From NCBI GenBank assembly GCA_041651955.1, contig JBAZIG010000001.1:9594-73593 (forward strand): DNA of 64,000 nt, read 5' to 3'. Under the pieces are notes generated by a model. The model ran no database searches, had not been told where the DNA came from, and was given only the letters and a program-made list of their open reading frames with translations. Each line of letters begins with the position of its first letter. Position 1 is the stretch's first letter. The position numbers were made by a program, and so were the translations under genes. Below, one piece after another: positions 20,275 to 28,352 of this stretch. The stretch is from Minisyncoccota bacterium (GTDB lineage: Bacteria; Patescibacteriota; Minisyncoccia; Minisyncoccales; Minisyncoccaceae).

Positions 20275-21154
20275 ATGTTTATTGCTTTTTTCTGGTGGCC
20301 TTGATTCTATTCTTGCGGCAAAGATATTAGAAGAAAGTGGCGTAAAAGTTACTCCAATTTGTTTTAAGAGTTTTTTCTTTTCTTGTGAACAAGCACAAAA
20401 ATCAGCTAAAATTATCGGATTTAAATTAAGGGTGGAAGATATTAGTGACATTCACTTGAGAATGATTAAAAATCCTAAACATGGAAGAGGTAAAGGACTT
20501 AATCCTTGCATAGATTGTCATCTATTAATGATTAAAACAGCAGGAAAAATAATGAAAAAAGAGGGCTTTGATTTCATAGCCACTGGCGAGGTTTTAGGTC
20601 AGCGTCCGATGTCTCAAAACATTAATGCTCTTAAAATAATTGACAAAGAAGCTAAATTAAATGGTTTAATTGTTCGCCCACTATCAGCCAAACTATTACC
20701 ACCAACTATTTGGGGCGATGGTAAATATTCAATATCTGGCAAATCAAGAGATGGTCAGATAAAATTAGCTAAGAAATTTAAAATTAAAAAATATCCAAAC
20801 CCAGCTGGTGGGTGCATATTAACTGATGCTAATTATTCAGATAATCTTAAAAGGTTAATAGACATTAAGCCATCTTTTTCTGGTAATGATGTTTTATTAT
20901 TGAGAGAGGGAAGAGTTTTTTGGAAAAATGACTTGCTAATAATTGTAGCGAGAAACGAAAAGGAATCTAATGAATTGATTAAATTTAAAAAAATAGGGGA
21001 TGTTGTTCTAGCCCCAGATAATTTTCCTGGCCCAACAGTATTTATTCGTAAATACAAAAAATCATCTCAAGAAGAGATGATTGATTGTGCGGTGAAATAT
21101 ATTACTAAATATTCTAAAAATATTACGCTTTCACCTTCTCTAAAATTTTTATAA
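20264..21154 (+). CDS. PP-loop ATP pyrophosphatase, ThiI/MnmA-like tRNA sulfurtransferase core without a THUMP domain
   Basis: PP-loop SGGLDS, CxxC (CIDC), and GEVLGQRPMSQ / VRPLSA blocks that resemble the ThiI C-terminal domain. Confidence 0.55.
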   Translation: MKYKCLLLFSGGLDSILAAKILEESGVKVTPICFKSFFFSCEQAQKSAKIIGFKLRVEDISDIHLRMIKNPKHGRGKGLNPCIDCHLLMIKTAGKIMKKEGFDFIATGEVLGQRPMSQNINALKIIDKEAKLNGLIVRPLSAKLLPPTIWGDGKYSISGKSRDGQIKLAKKFKIKKYPNPAGGCILTDANYSDNLKRLIDIKPSFSGNDVLLLREGRVFWKNDLLIIVARNEKESNELIKFKKIGDVVLAPDNFPGPTVFIRKYKKSSQEEMIDCAVKYITKYSKNITLSPSLKFL

Positions 21155-21470
21155 ATAAATCACTATTTTCTCTAGCCAATTGAGATAATATCTTTCTGTC
21201 TACTTCAATAGAATTCTTTTTTAATCCAGCAATAAACTTACTATAAGTTGTTCCGTTTTGTCTGCAAATTGCATTAATTTGAACTTGCCAAAGTTGTCTT
21301 TTAGCTCTTTTTTTAACTTTTCTGTCCCTATAAGCATAAGCCCATGCTTTTAATAGAGCTTGTTTTGCTGCAATATACTTGGATTTTCTACTCCATTTAT
21401 AACCTTTAGCAGCTTTAATAACCTTCTTTCTTCTTTTGTTTGCGGCAACGCCTCTTTTTACTCTTACCAT
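21123..21470 (-). CDS. rplT: 50S ribosomal protein L20
   Basis: MVRVKRGVAANKRRKKV... and YAYRDRKVKKR motifs. Confidence 0.95.
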   Translation of the reverse strand: MVRVKRGVAANKRRKKVIKAAKGYKWSRKSKYIAAKQALLKAWAYAYRDRKVKKRAKRQLWQVQINAICRQNGTTYSKFIAGLKKNSIEVDRKILSQLARENSDLFIKILEKVKA

Positions 21471-21474
21471 ATTT

Positions 21475-21666
21475 TTATACTCCTAATAATTTTTTAATTT
21501 TTTTTGCTTCTGGAGCTGACATTTCTACCATCTTCTTTAAACTTCTCTTTTTGTCTGAAGATTTTTTAGATAAAAGGTGATCTTGCCCAACTGCCCTTCG
21601 CAAAACTTTTCCCGACTTTGTTACTTTAAATCTTTTTGTTAATGATTTTCTTGTTTTTTCTTTCAT
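21475..21666 (-). CDS. rpmI: 50S ribosomal protein L35
   Basis: 63-aa basic protein with the KRFKVTKSGKVLRR motif. The infC-rpmI-rplT order is conserved. Confidence 0.9.
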   Translation of the reverse strand: MKEKTRKSLTKRFKVTKSGKVLRRAVGQDHLLSKKSSDKKRSLKKMVEMSAPEAKKIKKLLGV

Positions 21667-21667
21667 A

Positions 21668-22183
21668 TTATTTTTTTAATATCGTTACTGACAATCCTTT
21701 TGGTTCTTTTTTAATTTCTTTTTCTATTTTAACTGATACCTTTTCTTCTAATAAATGGATAAACTTTTTAATTTTTTCTAATCCGATGTTTGATAGTTGT
21801 TTTTCTCTTCCCCTTAATCTTAATTCAACATTTACCTTATCGCCCTTATTTAGAAATTTTTCTGCGGCGATAACTCTTATTAACATATCGTTGTCAGAAA
21901 TATTAAACGACAACCTTATGTTTTTTATTTCTCCATGCTTGCTTCCAGCAATATTCTTTCTTTCTTTTTTTTGAAGGGAATAAAGGTATTTACCATAATC
22001 TCCAATTTTACATATCGGTGGCACGGCTTTATCAGTTACCATTATTAGATCAAGCTCTTTTTCTTTTGCTATTTTTAATGCATCAACCAAATTAAAAATA
22101 CCTAACTGCTGGCCATCTTCGCCGACTAATCTAATTTCTTTTTCCCTTATTTGATTGTTGTATGGTGGTTTATTCAATTTAAT
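21668..22183 (-). CDS. infC: translation initiation factor IF-3, probably with a non-ATG start
   Basis: IF-3 N- and C-domain blocks (IREKEIRLVGEDGQQLG, PPICKIGDYGKY). The track's TTG start at 22216 lies inside the tmRNA. The likely start is ATT 22183-22181 or TTG 22177-22175. Confidence 0.8.
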   Translation of the reverse strand: MKLNKPPYNNQIREKEIRLVGEDGQQLGIFNLVDALKIAKEKELDLIMVTDKAVPPICKIGDYGKYLYSLQKKERKNIAGSKHGEIKNIRLSFNISDNDMLIRVIAAEKFLNKGDKVNVELRLRGREKQLSNIGLEKIKKFIHLLEEKVSVKIEKEIKKEPKGLSVTILKK

Positions 22184-22185
22184 TG

Positions 22186-22536
22186 TGGAGGTGGCGAGTA
22201 ATGAGCCCGCGTCCAAAAATTATCTAATAATAACTCTACAAGTTTATTTCATTTTAATTTAGCTTAAGATTAAAAAATGAAAAAAATTATCTTAAGTTTG
22301 ATTTATATTTTTTCAATAATATATCCTAAATCAAAAATATATTATCAATCTCGCAATGGTTGTGCCCTTTACTACCCAGCGAGAATCGGTAGGAGGACAT
22401 GCACTATGCGTATGCTAATGCAGGTTGTTCAAATAAGTTGTTTACACTTAGTTTGTTTTCTCCAAGTTTTACGAGTTTTGAGAATTACTCGACTTGCATA
22501 CTATCTTCAAATCCTTGTCAAAGCGAATTCACCCCC
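22186..22536 (-). ncRNA. ssrA: tmRNA (SsrA), about 351 nt, CCA not encoded
   Basis: The 5' GGGGGTG pairs with the 3' CACCTCC, including the G3:U alanine identity pair. T-arm GGACGCGGGCTCATTACTCGC resembles E. coli GGACGCGGGTTCAACTCCCGC. Conserved GCTTTGACAAGGATTTG, GTATGCAAGTCGAG and CTCGTAAAA blocks. Tag frame 22463-22404 reads GENKLSVNNLFEQPALAYA then stop. It lies directly downstream of smpB. Confidence 0.85.
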
Positions 22537-22972
22537 TTGTGTTTATTTCGCTCTTTATTTTTCTTTCGACTTCTCTCTTTTTTATGGATTCTCTTTTATC
22601 AAACTTCTTTTTTCCTCTGGCTAGGCCAAATTCAAGCTTGATTTTGTATGTCCCAGTATAAACCGAAAGTGGTACTAAAGTCAAGCCCCTTTCCTTTATT
22701 TTATTAGCTAAATAATTGATCTCTTCTCTATTTAAAAGTAGCTTTCTTTCCCTTTGAGGATTGTAATTCTTGTTTGTATTTAGTGGTTGATACGGCGGTA
22801 TAATAGCATTGACCCAAAAGGCCTCTCCTTTTTTAATTTCAATATATGTTCCTGACAAGCTAATTCCTCTTGTTCTTAGGGACTTTACCTCTTGGCCATT
22901 CAAAACTAAACCTGCTTGAAACTTTTCAAGTATTTCGTAGTCATAATATGCCTTTTTATTTCTTACGTTCAT
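22529..22972 (-). CDS. smpB: SsrA-binding protein SmpB
   Basis: NKKAYYDYEILEKFQAGLVLNGQEVKSLR and the C-terminal basic tail. ATG 22972 fits the -10 geometry. The track start is 22981. Confidence 0.9.
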   Translation of the reverse strand: MNVRNKKAYYDYEILEKFQAGLVLNGQEVKSLRTRGISLSGTYIEIKKGEAFWVNAIIPPYQPLNTNKNYNPQRERKLLLNREEINYLANKIKERGLTLVPLSVYTGTYKIKLEFGLARGKKKFDKRESIKKREVERKIKSEINTRG

Positions 22973-22975
22973 ATA

Positions 22976-23004
22976 TTCCATTCTAGATGATTTTTTGCTA
23001 GAAT
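22976..23004 (+). promoter_or_regulatory. candidate promoter of argS
   Basis: TTCCAT (22976-22981), 17 nt, extended -10 TGcTAGAAT (22996-23004), 12 nt, ATG 23017. Confidence 0.4.
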
Positions 23005-23016
23005 GAAAGAGTTATT

Positions 23017-24582
23017 ATGGATATAAGAGAAGAAATTAAAAGAAGCGTTTCGGAATCGCTAAAAAATCTTCAAATTGAAGGAGATTTTATTATAAAGGTT
23101 TCTAGGCCACAAAGAAGTTCTTTTGGCGATTATTCTGTAAGTATTGCAATGGAGATAGCAAAGAAAAATAAAGAAAATCCAATGGAGGTTGCTGAAAGAA
23201 TTAAAACAAATATAAAAAATAGATATTTTGATCAAATAGAAGTAGCTCTTCCAGGATTTATTAATTTTTATATTTCAAAAGAATATTATTACTCTCAAAT
23301 CAAAGATGTTTTTAGAAAAACATATAATTTTGGGCAGTTTCCTAAGAAAAATAAAAAAATACAAATAGAGTTTGTTTCAGCAAATCCTACCGGACCCTTA
23401 ACCGTTGGTAATGGTAGGGGTGGGCCATTTGGTGATGTTTTGGGCAATGTATTAAAAAAGTATGGCTACGATGTTAAAAAGGCCTATTATATCAATGATC
23501 ACGGAAAACAAATTCTTTCCTTGGGCAATTCTGTTTTGGGAAACGAAGAAGCAAAATATTCAGGAGAATATATTGATCAATTAAGCAAAAGAATAAAAGA
23601 GAGTAATCGTTATAAGGCAGGAAAAATGGCAGCAAAAATTATTATGGAAGAAATGATTAAAAAGACGATTAAAAAATTAAACATTAAATATGATGAATGG
23701 TTTAAAGAGAGTAATTTATACAAAAAAGGAGAAGTTGACAAAGTTTTAGATTATTTAAAGAAAACAGGACTAACTTATGAACAAGAAGGTGCCGAATGGT
23801 TTATGTCTAGGGCCTTTGGAGACGAAAGAGACAGGGTAATTGTTAAATCAGATGGAGAGAATACATATTTATTGGGAGATATTGCCTATCATCGTCATAA
23901 ATTTGAAAAACAAAAATTTGATAAAGTAATTAATGTCTGGGGCGCAGATCATTTTGGAGATGTTGCTGGTTTAGTTTCTGGTGTAGAAGCATTGGGACAC
24001 ATCGGTAAGTTGGAAGTTATTTTATTACAATTTGTTACTGTTCAAAAAGATGGTAAAACACTAAGAATGTCAAAACGACTCGGAACAGCAATAACAATGG
24101 ACGATTTATTAGATGAAATTCCAGTTGATGTTATAAGATTTTTCTTTTTACAAAAATCATCTGATACTCACCTTAATTTCAATATGGATTTGGCTAAAGA
24201 GCAATCAGAAAAAAATCCAGTATATTATATCCAATATGCTTATGCCAGAACATTGAGCATCTTAAGAAATTCTAGAAAATTAAGAATTAATAAAATTAAT
24301 AACATTGAATTATTAAATCATAAAAGAGAGTTAGAATTAATTAAACAAATAGTAAGATTGCCAGAAATAATTGAAGATACCGCTAACGATTATGAGGTTC
24401 ACCGAATCGCTCAATATGCATTGGATTTAGCCACTGCATTTCACAAATTTTATACAGAGTGTCAGGTCTTAACTGATGACAAAAAATTAAGAGATGCAAG
24501 ATTGGGTCTTGTTACTTTATCAAAAATATCCCTCAAAAACACACTAGACATTATGGGAATATCTGCGCCTCAAAAGATGTAG
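23017..24582 (+). CDS. argS: arginine--tRNA ligase
   Basis: Class I HIGH-region equivalent (SANPTGPLTVGNGRG), and the MSKRLG and DALR anticodon-binding domain blocks. Confidence 0.95.
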   Translation: MDIREEIKRSVSESLKNLQIEGDFIIKVSRPQRSSFGDYSVSIAMEIAKKNKENPMEVAERIKTNIKNRYFDQIEVALPGFINFYISKEYYYSQIKDVFRKTYNFGQFPKKNKKIQIEFVSANPTGPLTVGNGRGGPFGDVLGNVLKKYGYDVKKAYYINDHGKQILSLGNSVLGNEEAKYSGEYIDQLSKRIKESNRYKAGKMAAKIIMEEMIKKTIKKLNIKYDEWFKESNLYKKGEVDKVLDYLKKTGLTYEQEGAEWFMSRAFGDERDRVIVKSDGENTYLLGDIAYHRHKFEKQKFDKVINVWGADHFGDVAGLVSGVEALGHIGKLEVILLQFVTVQKDGKTLRMSKRLGTAITMDDLLDEIPVDVIRFFFLQKSSDTHLNFNMDLAKEQSEKNPVYYIQYAYARTLSILRNSRKLRINKINNIELLNHKRELELIKQIVRLPEIIEDTANDYEVHRIAQYALDLATAFHKFYTECQVLTDDKKLRDARLGLVTLSKISLKNTLDIMGISAPQKM

Positions 24583-24589
24583 TATATTA

Positions 24590-24618
24590 TTGATTAAAAC
24601 AAAGAAATCTGCTATTTT
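24590..24618 (+). promoter_or_regulatory. candidate promoter of the 24629-45536 gene string
   Basis: TTGATT (24590-24595), 17 nt, extended -10 TGcTATTTT (24610-24618), 10 nt, ATG 24629. Confidence 0.4.
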
Positions 24619-24628
24619 TACTATATAT

Positions 24629-25213
24629 ATGAACTTAAAAAATAAGTATTTTTTTCTAAGACACGGCAAAAATATCCATCAGACCGAATTAAAAGATATA
24701 ATTTATTGTTTTCCTGATGATAATCCACCTTGCTCTCTAATTGAGGAGGGTATTTCTCAAGCAAAAGAAGCGGGAGAAAAGTTAAAAGACAAGGGAATAG
24801 AGTATATTTATTGTTCAGACATATTAAGAACTAGACAAACTGCTAAAATAGTTGCAGAAATAATTAATTTTGATTTAGAAAAAATAATATACGACACGCG
24901 TTTGAGAGATATTGATTGGGGTATTTTTGGCGGCAAACACAAAGATGAGGCCTGGGCATATTATAATAATGATAAAAGTAAAAAATTTAACGAGCCAACT
25001 CCCGATGGAGAAACGTGGAATGATTGCAGAAAAAGAATTTTAGAATTGTTGAGAGAAATAGAAAATAGTTTTGAAAATAAGAATATATTAATTGTGTCTC
25101 ACGGTGATCCATTATGGTTGTTAGAAGGTCATATTAATGGAATTAGCGATGAAGAATTATTAAATAAAAGGTCAGAATTAATGATTCAAACAGGCGAAAT
25201 AAGAAAAATATGA
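24629..25213 (+). CDS. histidine phosphatase family protein (phosphoglycerate-mutase-like)
   Basis: RHG motif (FFLRHGKN), downstream SDILRTRQTA, and the SHGDP catalytic His block. The start is moved to ATG 24629. Confidence 0.75.
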   Translation: MNLKNKYFFLRHGKNIHQTELKDIIYCFPDDNPPCSLIEEGISQAKEAGEKLKDKGIEYIYCSDILRTRQTAKIVAEIINFDLEKIIYDTRLRDIDWGIFGGKHKDEAWAYYNNDKSKKFNEPTPDGETWNDCRKRILELLREIENSFENKNILIVSHGDPLWLLEGHINGISDEELLNKRSELMIQTGEIRKI

Positions 25214-27981
25214 ATAGAGAAGAAAAGATATTAAAATACTGGAAAGAGAAAGATATCTTTCATAAATCAATTGAGAATAGATCGGGTTCTCCTTATTTTA
25301 GTTTTTATGACGGTCCTCCCTTTGCAACTGGTAAGCCACACTATGGCCATATTTTAGCAACAACAATAAAAGATACCGTTTTAAGATATTGGACAATGAA
25401 GGGTTATCAAGTTCCTAGGCGTGTTGGTTGGGATTGTCACGGTTTGCCGATAGAAAATCTTATTGAAAAAGAGCTAGGAGTAAATAATAAAAAACAAATT
25501 GAAGAAATTGGTATTGAAAAGTTTAATAATCATTGTCGCAATTCTGTTTTTGCTTGTGTTAATGATTTTCAGAAAACATTAGAAAGGGTTGGTCGTTGGG
25601 CAGATTATAGCGATGCTTATTCTACAATGGATAATAACTACATTGAATCGGTTTGGTGGGTTTTTAAACAATTATGGGATAAAAAGTTAGTGGAAAAAAA
25701 TTATCGTGTCTCTCCATATTGTCCTCGTTGTGGAACTACATTATCTAACTTTGAAGTTAATCAAGGATACAAAGAGGTAAGAGATAAATCAGTTTATGTT
25801 AAATTTAAAATTGAAGATGATCTTTGTTTTTTGGTTTGGACAACTACTCCCTGGACTCTTCCAGGCAACGTTGCTTTAGCGGTAAATAAAGATATTGATT
25901 ATGTTTATGTTAAATTTAACAATGAGACATATATTATTGCGGAAAATAGATTATCAGTTTTGGGAGAAGGAGAAGTAATTAAAAAAGTTAAGGGAATTGA
26001 ATTAGTCGGCATTTCTTATGAGCCACCATTTAATTATATTCCCAATAATTATTGCAAAGTTTTGGCAGCTGATTTTGTTTCAAGTGAAGACGGAACAGGC
26101 ATAGTGCACATTAATCCAATGCACGGAGAAGATGATTTTAATATCGCCAAAGAAAATAATTTAATATTTCAGCATCTGATTAATAGAGATGGAACATTTA
26201 AAGAAGGAGATTATAGGGGAGAGTTTGTAATAGATGCTAATCCAAAAATTATTGATAATTTAAAAGAGAGGAACTTGTTTTTTAAAGAAGAATTAATTAC
26301 TCATGACTATCCTCATTGTTGGAGGTGTGACTCGCCATTGCTTTATTATGCAATTGAAAGTTGGTATATTCTAGTTACAAAAATTAAAGATCAATTAATT
26401 GAGAACAATCAAAAAATTCACTGGGTTCCTCAAAACATTAAAGACGGAAGATTCGGCAAGTGGTTAGAAGGGGCAAGAGATTGGGATGTTGCTAGAAGTA
26501 GATTTTGGGGAGCGCCAATTCCTATTTGGGAATGTGAATGTGGAGAAAAAAGATGTATTGGTAGTGTTGAAGAATTGGGCAATCCCAATGACTTACACCT
26601 TCCACACATTAATGATATTAAGTTAAAATGTTCTTGTGGAAAAGAAATGAAGCGAACGCCCGAGGTCTTTGATTGTTGGTTTGAGTCCGGTTCAATGCCT
26701 TATGCTCAATGGCACTATCCTTTTGAAAACAAAGAATTGGTAGAAAAAACATATCCCGCTGATTTTATAGCTGAAGGACTAGATCAAACAAGGGGCTGGT
26801 TTTATACCCTTCATGTTTTAGCAACAGCATTAACCCTTGAAGATATCGGATTGGGTAAATCACACGGGGCCTTTAAAAATGTAATTGTTAATGGTCTTGT
26901 TTTAGATGACAGGGGCCGAAAATTAAGCAAAAAACTTAAGAATTATCCTGCTCCTGATGAGATATTTGATTCTTTCGGAGCCGATGCTTTGAGATATTTC
27001 TTGCTTGCCTCAACATCAATTGGAGAGGATTATAGGTTTTCTAAAGACAAGGTAAAAGAGTATTGGAGAAAGGTTATATCAGGACTTGATAATTGTTTTT
27101 CTTTTTTTGAGACATACAAAAAAGAGAGTTTTAATAAGGGAACCAATAGTTTGTTAGACAAATGGATAATCTCAAAAACAGAAAAATTAAACAGAGATGT
27201 TATGAAGTTTATGGATAGTTATGAATTAACAAAGGCATCAAGATTGTTTAATGACTATATTGATGATTTATCAAATTGGTACATCAGAAGGTCTCGCAGA
27301 AGATTTCAAAAACCAACAGAAGAAAAGGAAAAAGATGAAGCAACATACACTCTTCATTATGCAATTTCTAAATTAATTAAATTGATGGCACCATTTACTC
27401 CATTTATTACAGAAGACATTTTCTTAAAAATGAATGGCGGAGAGAGCATTCATTTGTGTGATTATCCTCAGCCAGACATTGATCTTATTGATGAACATTT
27501 AGAGAAAGAAATGGAAAATGCAAGAGATATTGTTAACTTGGCCCTAGCAGAAAGATCAAAACAAGGAATTAAAGTTAGACAGGCACTTTTGTCTCTTAGT
27601 GTTAAAGGACTAAAAATAAATAAAGAAGAGTTAATTGATTTAATAAAAGAAGAAGTTAACGTCAAAGAAGTTAAAGAAGGAAAAGAAATAGAAAACGAGG
27701 TTGAGCTGGACACAACAATAACTCCAGAATTAAGAGAGGAAGGTTTCGTTAGAGAAATTATTAGACAAATTCAACAAATGAGAAAAGAAGGTGGATTTGT
27801 TCCCGAAGATAAAATCAATGTTTACTATGCTCAAAATGAATTTTTTGATACAATAATAAAGAGGAATCAAGAACATATTTTGAAAGAAGTTTTAGCTAAT
27901 GAATTTATTTTATCCACTGAAGAATTAAAAGAGATTAGCATTGATGAAAATAAAATATATTTAAATATAAAAAAAATATGA
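25210..27981 (+). CDS. ileS: isoleucine--tRNA ligase (type 2-like N-terminus)
   Basis: FYDGPPFATGKPHYGH (HIGH), KLSKKL (KMSKS), and CP1 editing domain blocks (WTTTPWTLPGN). Confidence 0.95.
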   Translation: MNREEKILKYWKEKDIFHKSIENRSGSPYFSFYDGPPFATGKPHYGHILATTIKDTVLRYWTMKGYQVPRRVGWDCHGLPIENLIEKELGVNNKKQIEEIGIEKFNNHCRNSVFACVNDFQKTLERVGRWADYSDAYSTMDNNYIESVWWVFKQLWDKKLVEKNYRVSPYCPRCGTTLSNFEVNQGYKEVRDKSVYVKFKIEDDLCFLVWTTTPWTLPGNVALAVNKDIDYVYVKFNNETYIIAENRLSVLGEGEVIKKVKGIELVGISYEPPFNYIPNNYCKVLAADFVSSEDGTGIVHINPMHGEDDFNIAKENNLIFQHLINRDGTFKEGDYRGEFVIDANPKIIDNLKERNLFFKEELITHDYPHCWRCDSPLLYYAIESWYILVTKIKDQLIENNQKIHWVPQNIKDGRFGKWLEGARDWDVARSRFWGAPIPIWECECGEKRCIGSVEELGNPNDLHLPHINDIKLKCSCGKEMKRTPEVFDCWFESGSMPYAQWHYPFENKELVEKTYPADFIAEGLDQTRGWFYTLHVLATALTLEDIGLGKSHGAFKNVIVNGLVLDDRGRKLSKKLKNYPAPDEIFDSFGADALRYFLLASTSIGEDYRFSKDKVKEYWRKVISGLDNCFSFFETYKKESFNKGTNSLLDKWIISKTEKLNRDVMKFMDSYELTKASRLFNDYIDDLSNWYIRRSRRRFQKPTEEKEKDEATYTLHYAISKLIKLMAPFTPFITEDIFLKMNGGESIHLCDYPQPDIDLIDEHLEKEMENARDIVNLALAERSKQGIKVRQALLSLSVKGLKINKEELIDLIKEEVNVKEVKEGKEIENEVELDTTITPELREEGFVREIIRQIQQMRKEGGFVPEDKINVYYAQNEFFDTIIKRNQEHILKEVLANEFILSTEELKEISIDENKIYLNIKKI

Positions 27982-28352
27982 ATGATCAAGAACCATGGGA
28001 AGAAGAAAAGGTAAAAAATCCTTGGCTTATTGAGACGGAGGAAGATAAAAAAATTGTCCAAAGAGAAGGGAAGTTAATAAAAGAAGAAGAATCAGATTTT
28101 TTTAGAGGTAATGAAAAAATAGAAAAAAGAAAAATAGCTGAAATTATTAAAAGAGGTAGCAGTGGATGGAATGATTCTGACAGTAAAGAACTTCTTCTGA
28201 TTTTTGAAGATTTAACTAAGGGAAGGACTCACTTGAATAAAGATGATATTAAAAGAATTATCAATTCTTTAGAGAGAGGAATTGCATGGAAATCAGGAAA
28301 AGAAGAAAAAATAATAAGAAAACTTATATCAAAACTTAAAGAATTAATATAA
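27978..28352 (+). CDS. hypothetical acidic/charged 124-aa protein
   Basis: ORF coupled by ATGA to ileS and by TAATG to the next gene. No recognisable motif. Confidence 0.45.
   Translation: MNDQEPWEEEKVKNPWLIETEEDKKIVQREGKLIKEEESDFFRGNEKIEKRKIAEIIKRGSSGWNDSDSKELLLIFEDLTKGRTHLNKDDIKRIINSLERGIAWKSGKEEKIIRKLISKLKELI

Noticed and set aside
22184-22216. The N-terminal extension of infC in the ORF track (TTG start, MDAGSLLATST).
   Set aside because: These 33 nt are the T-arm and 3' acceptor strand of the tmRNA (GGACGCGGGCTCATTACTCGCCACCTCCA).
22277-22641. Two plus-strand ORFs of 115 aa and 80 aa.
   Set aside because: They lie entirely antisense to the tmRNA gene and the smpB 3' end. Their Cys/Leu/Phe-rich composition is low-complexity and they have no start context.
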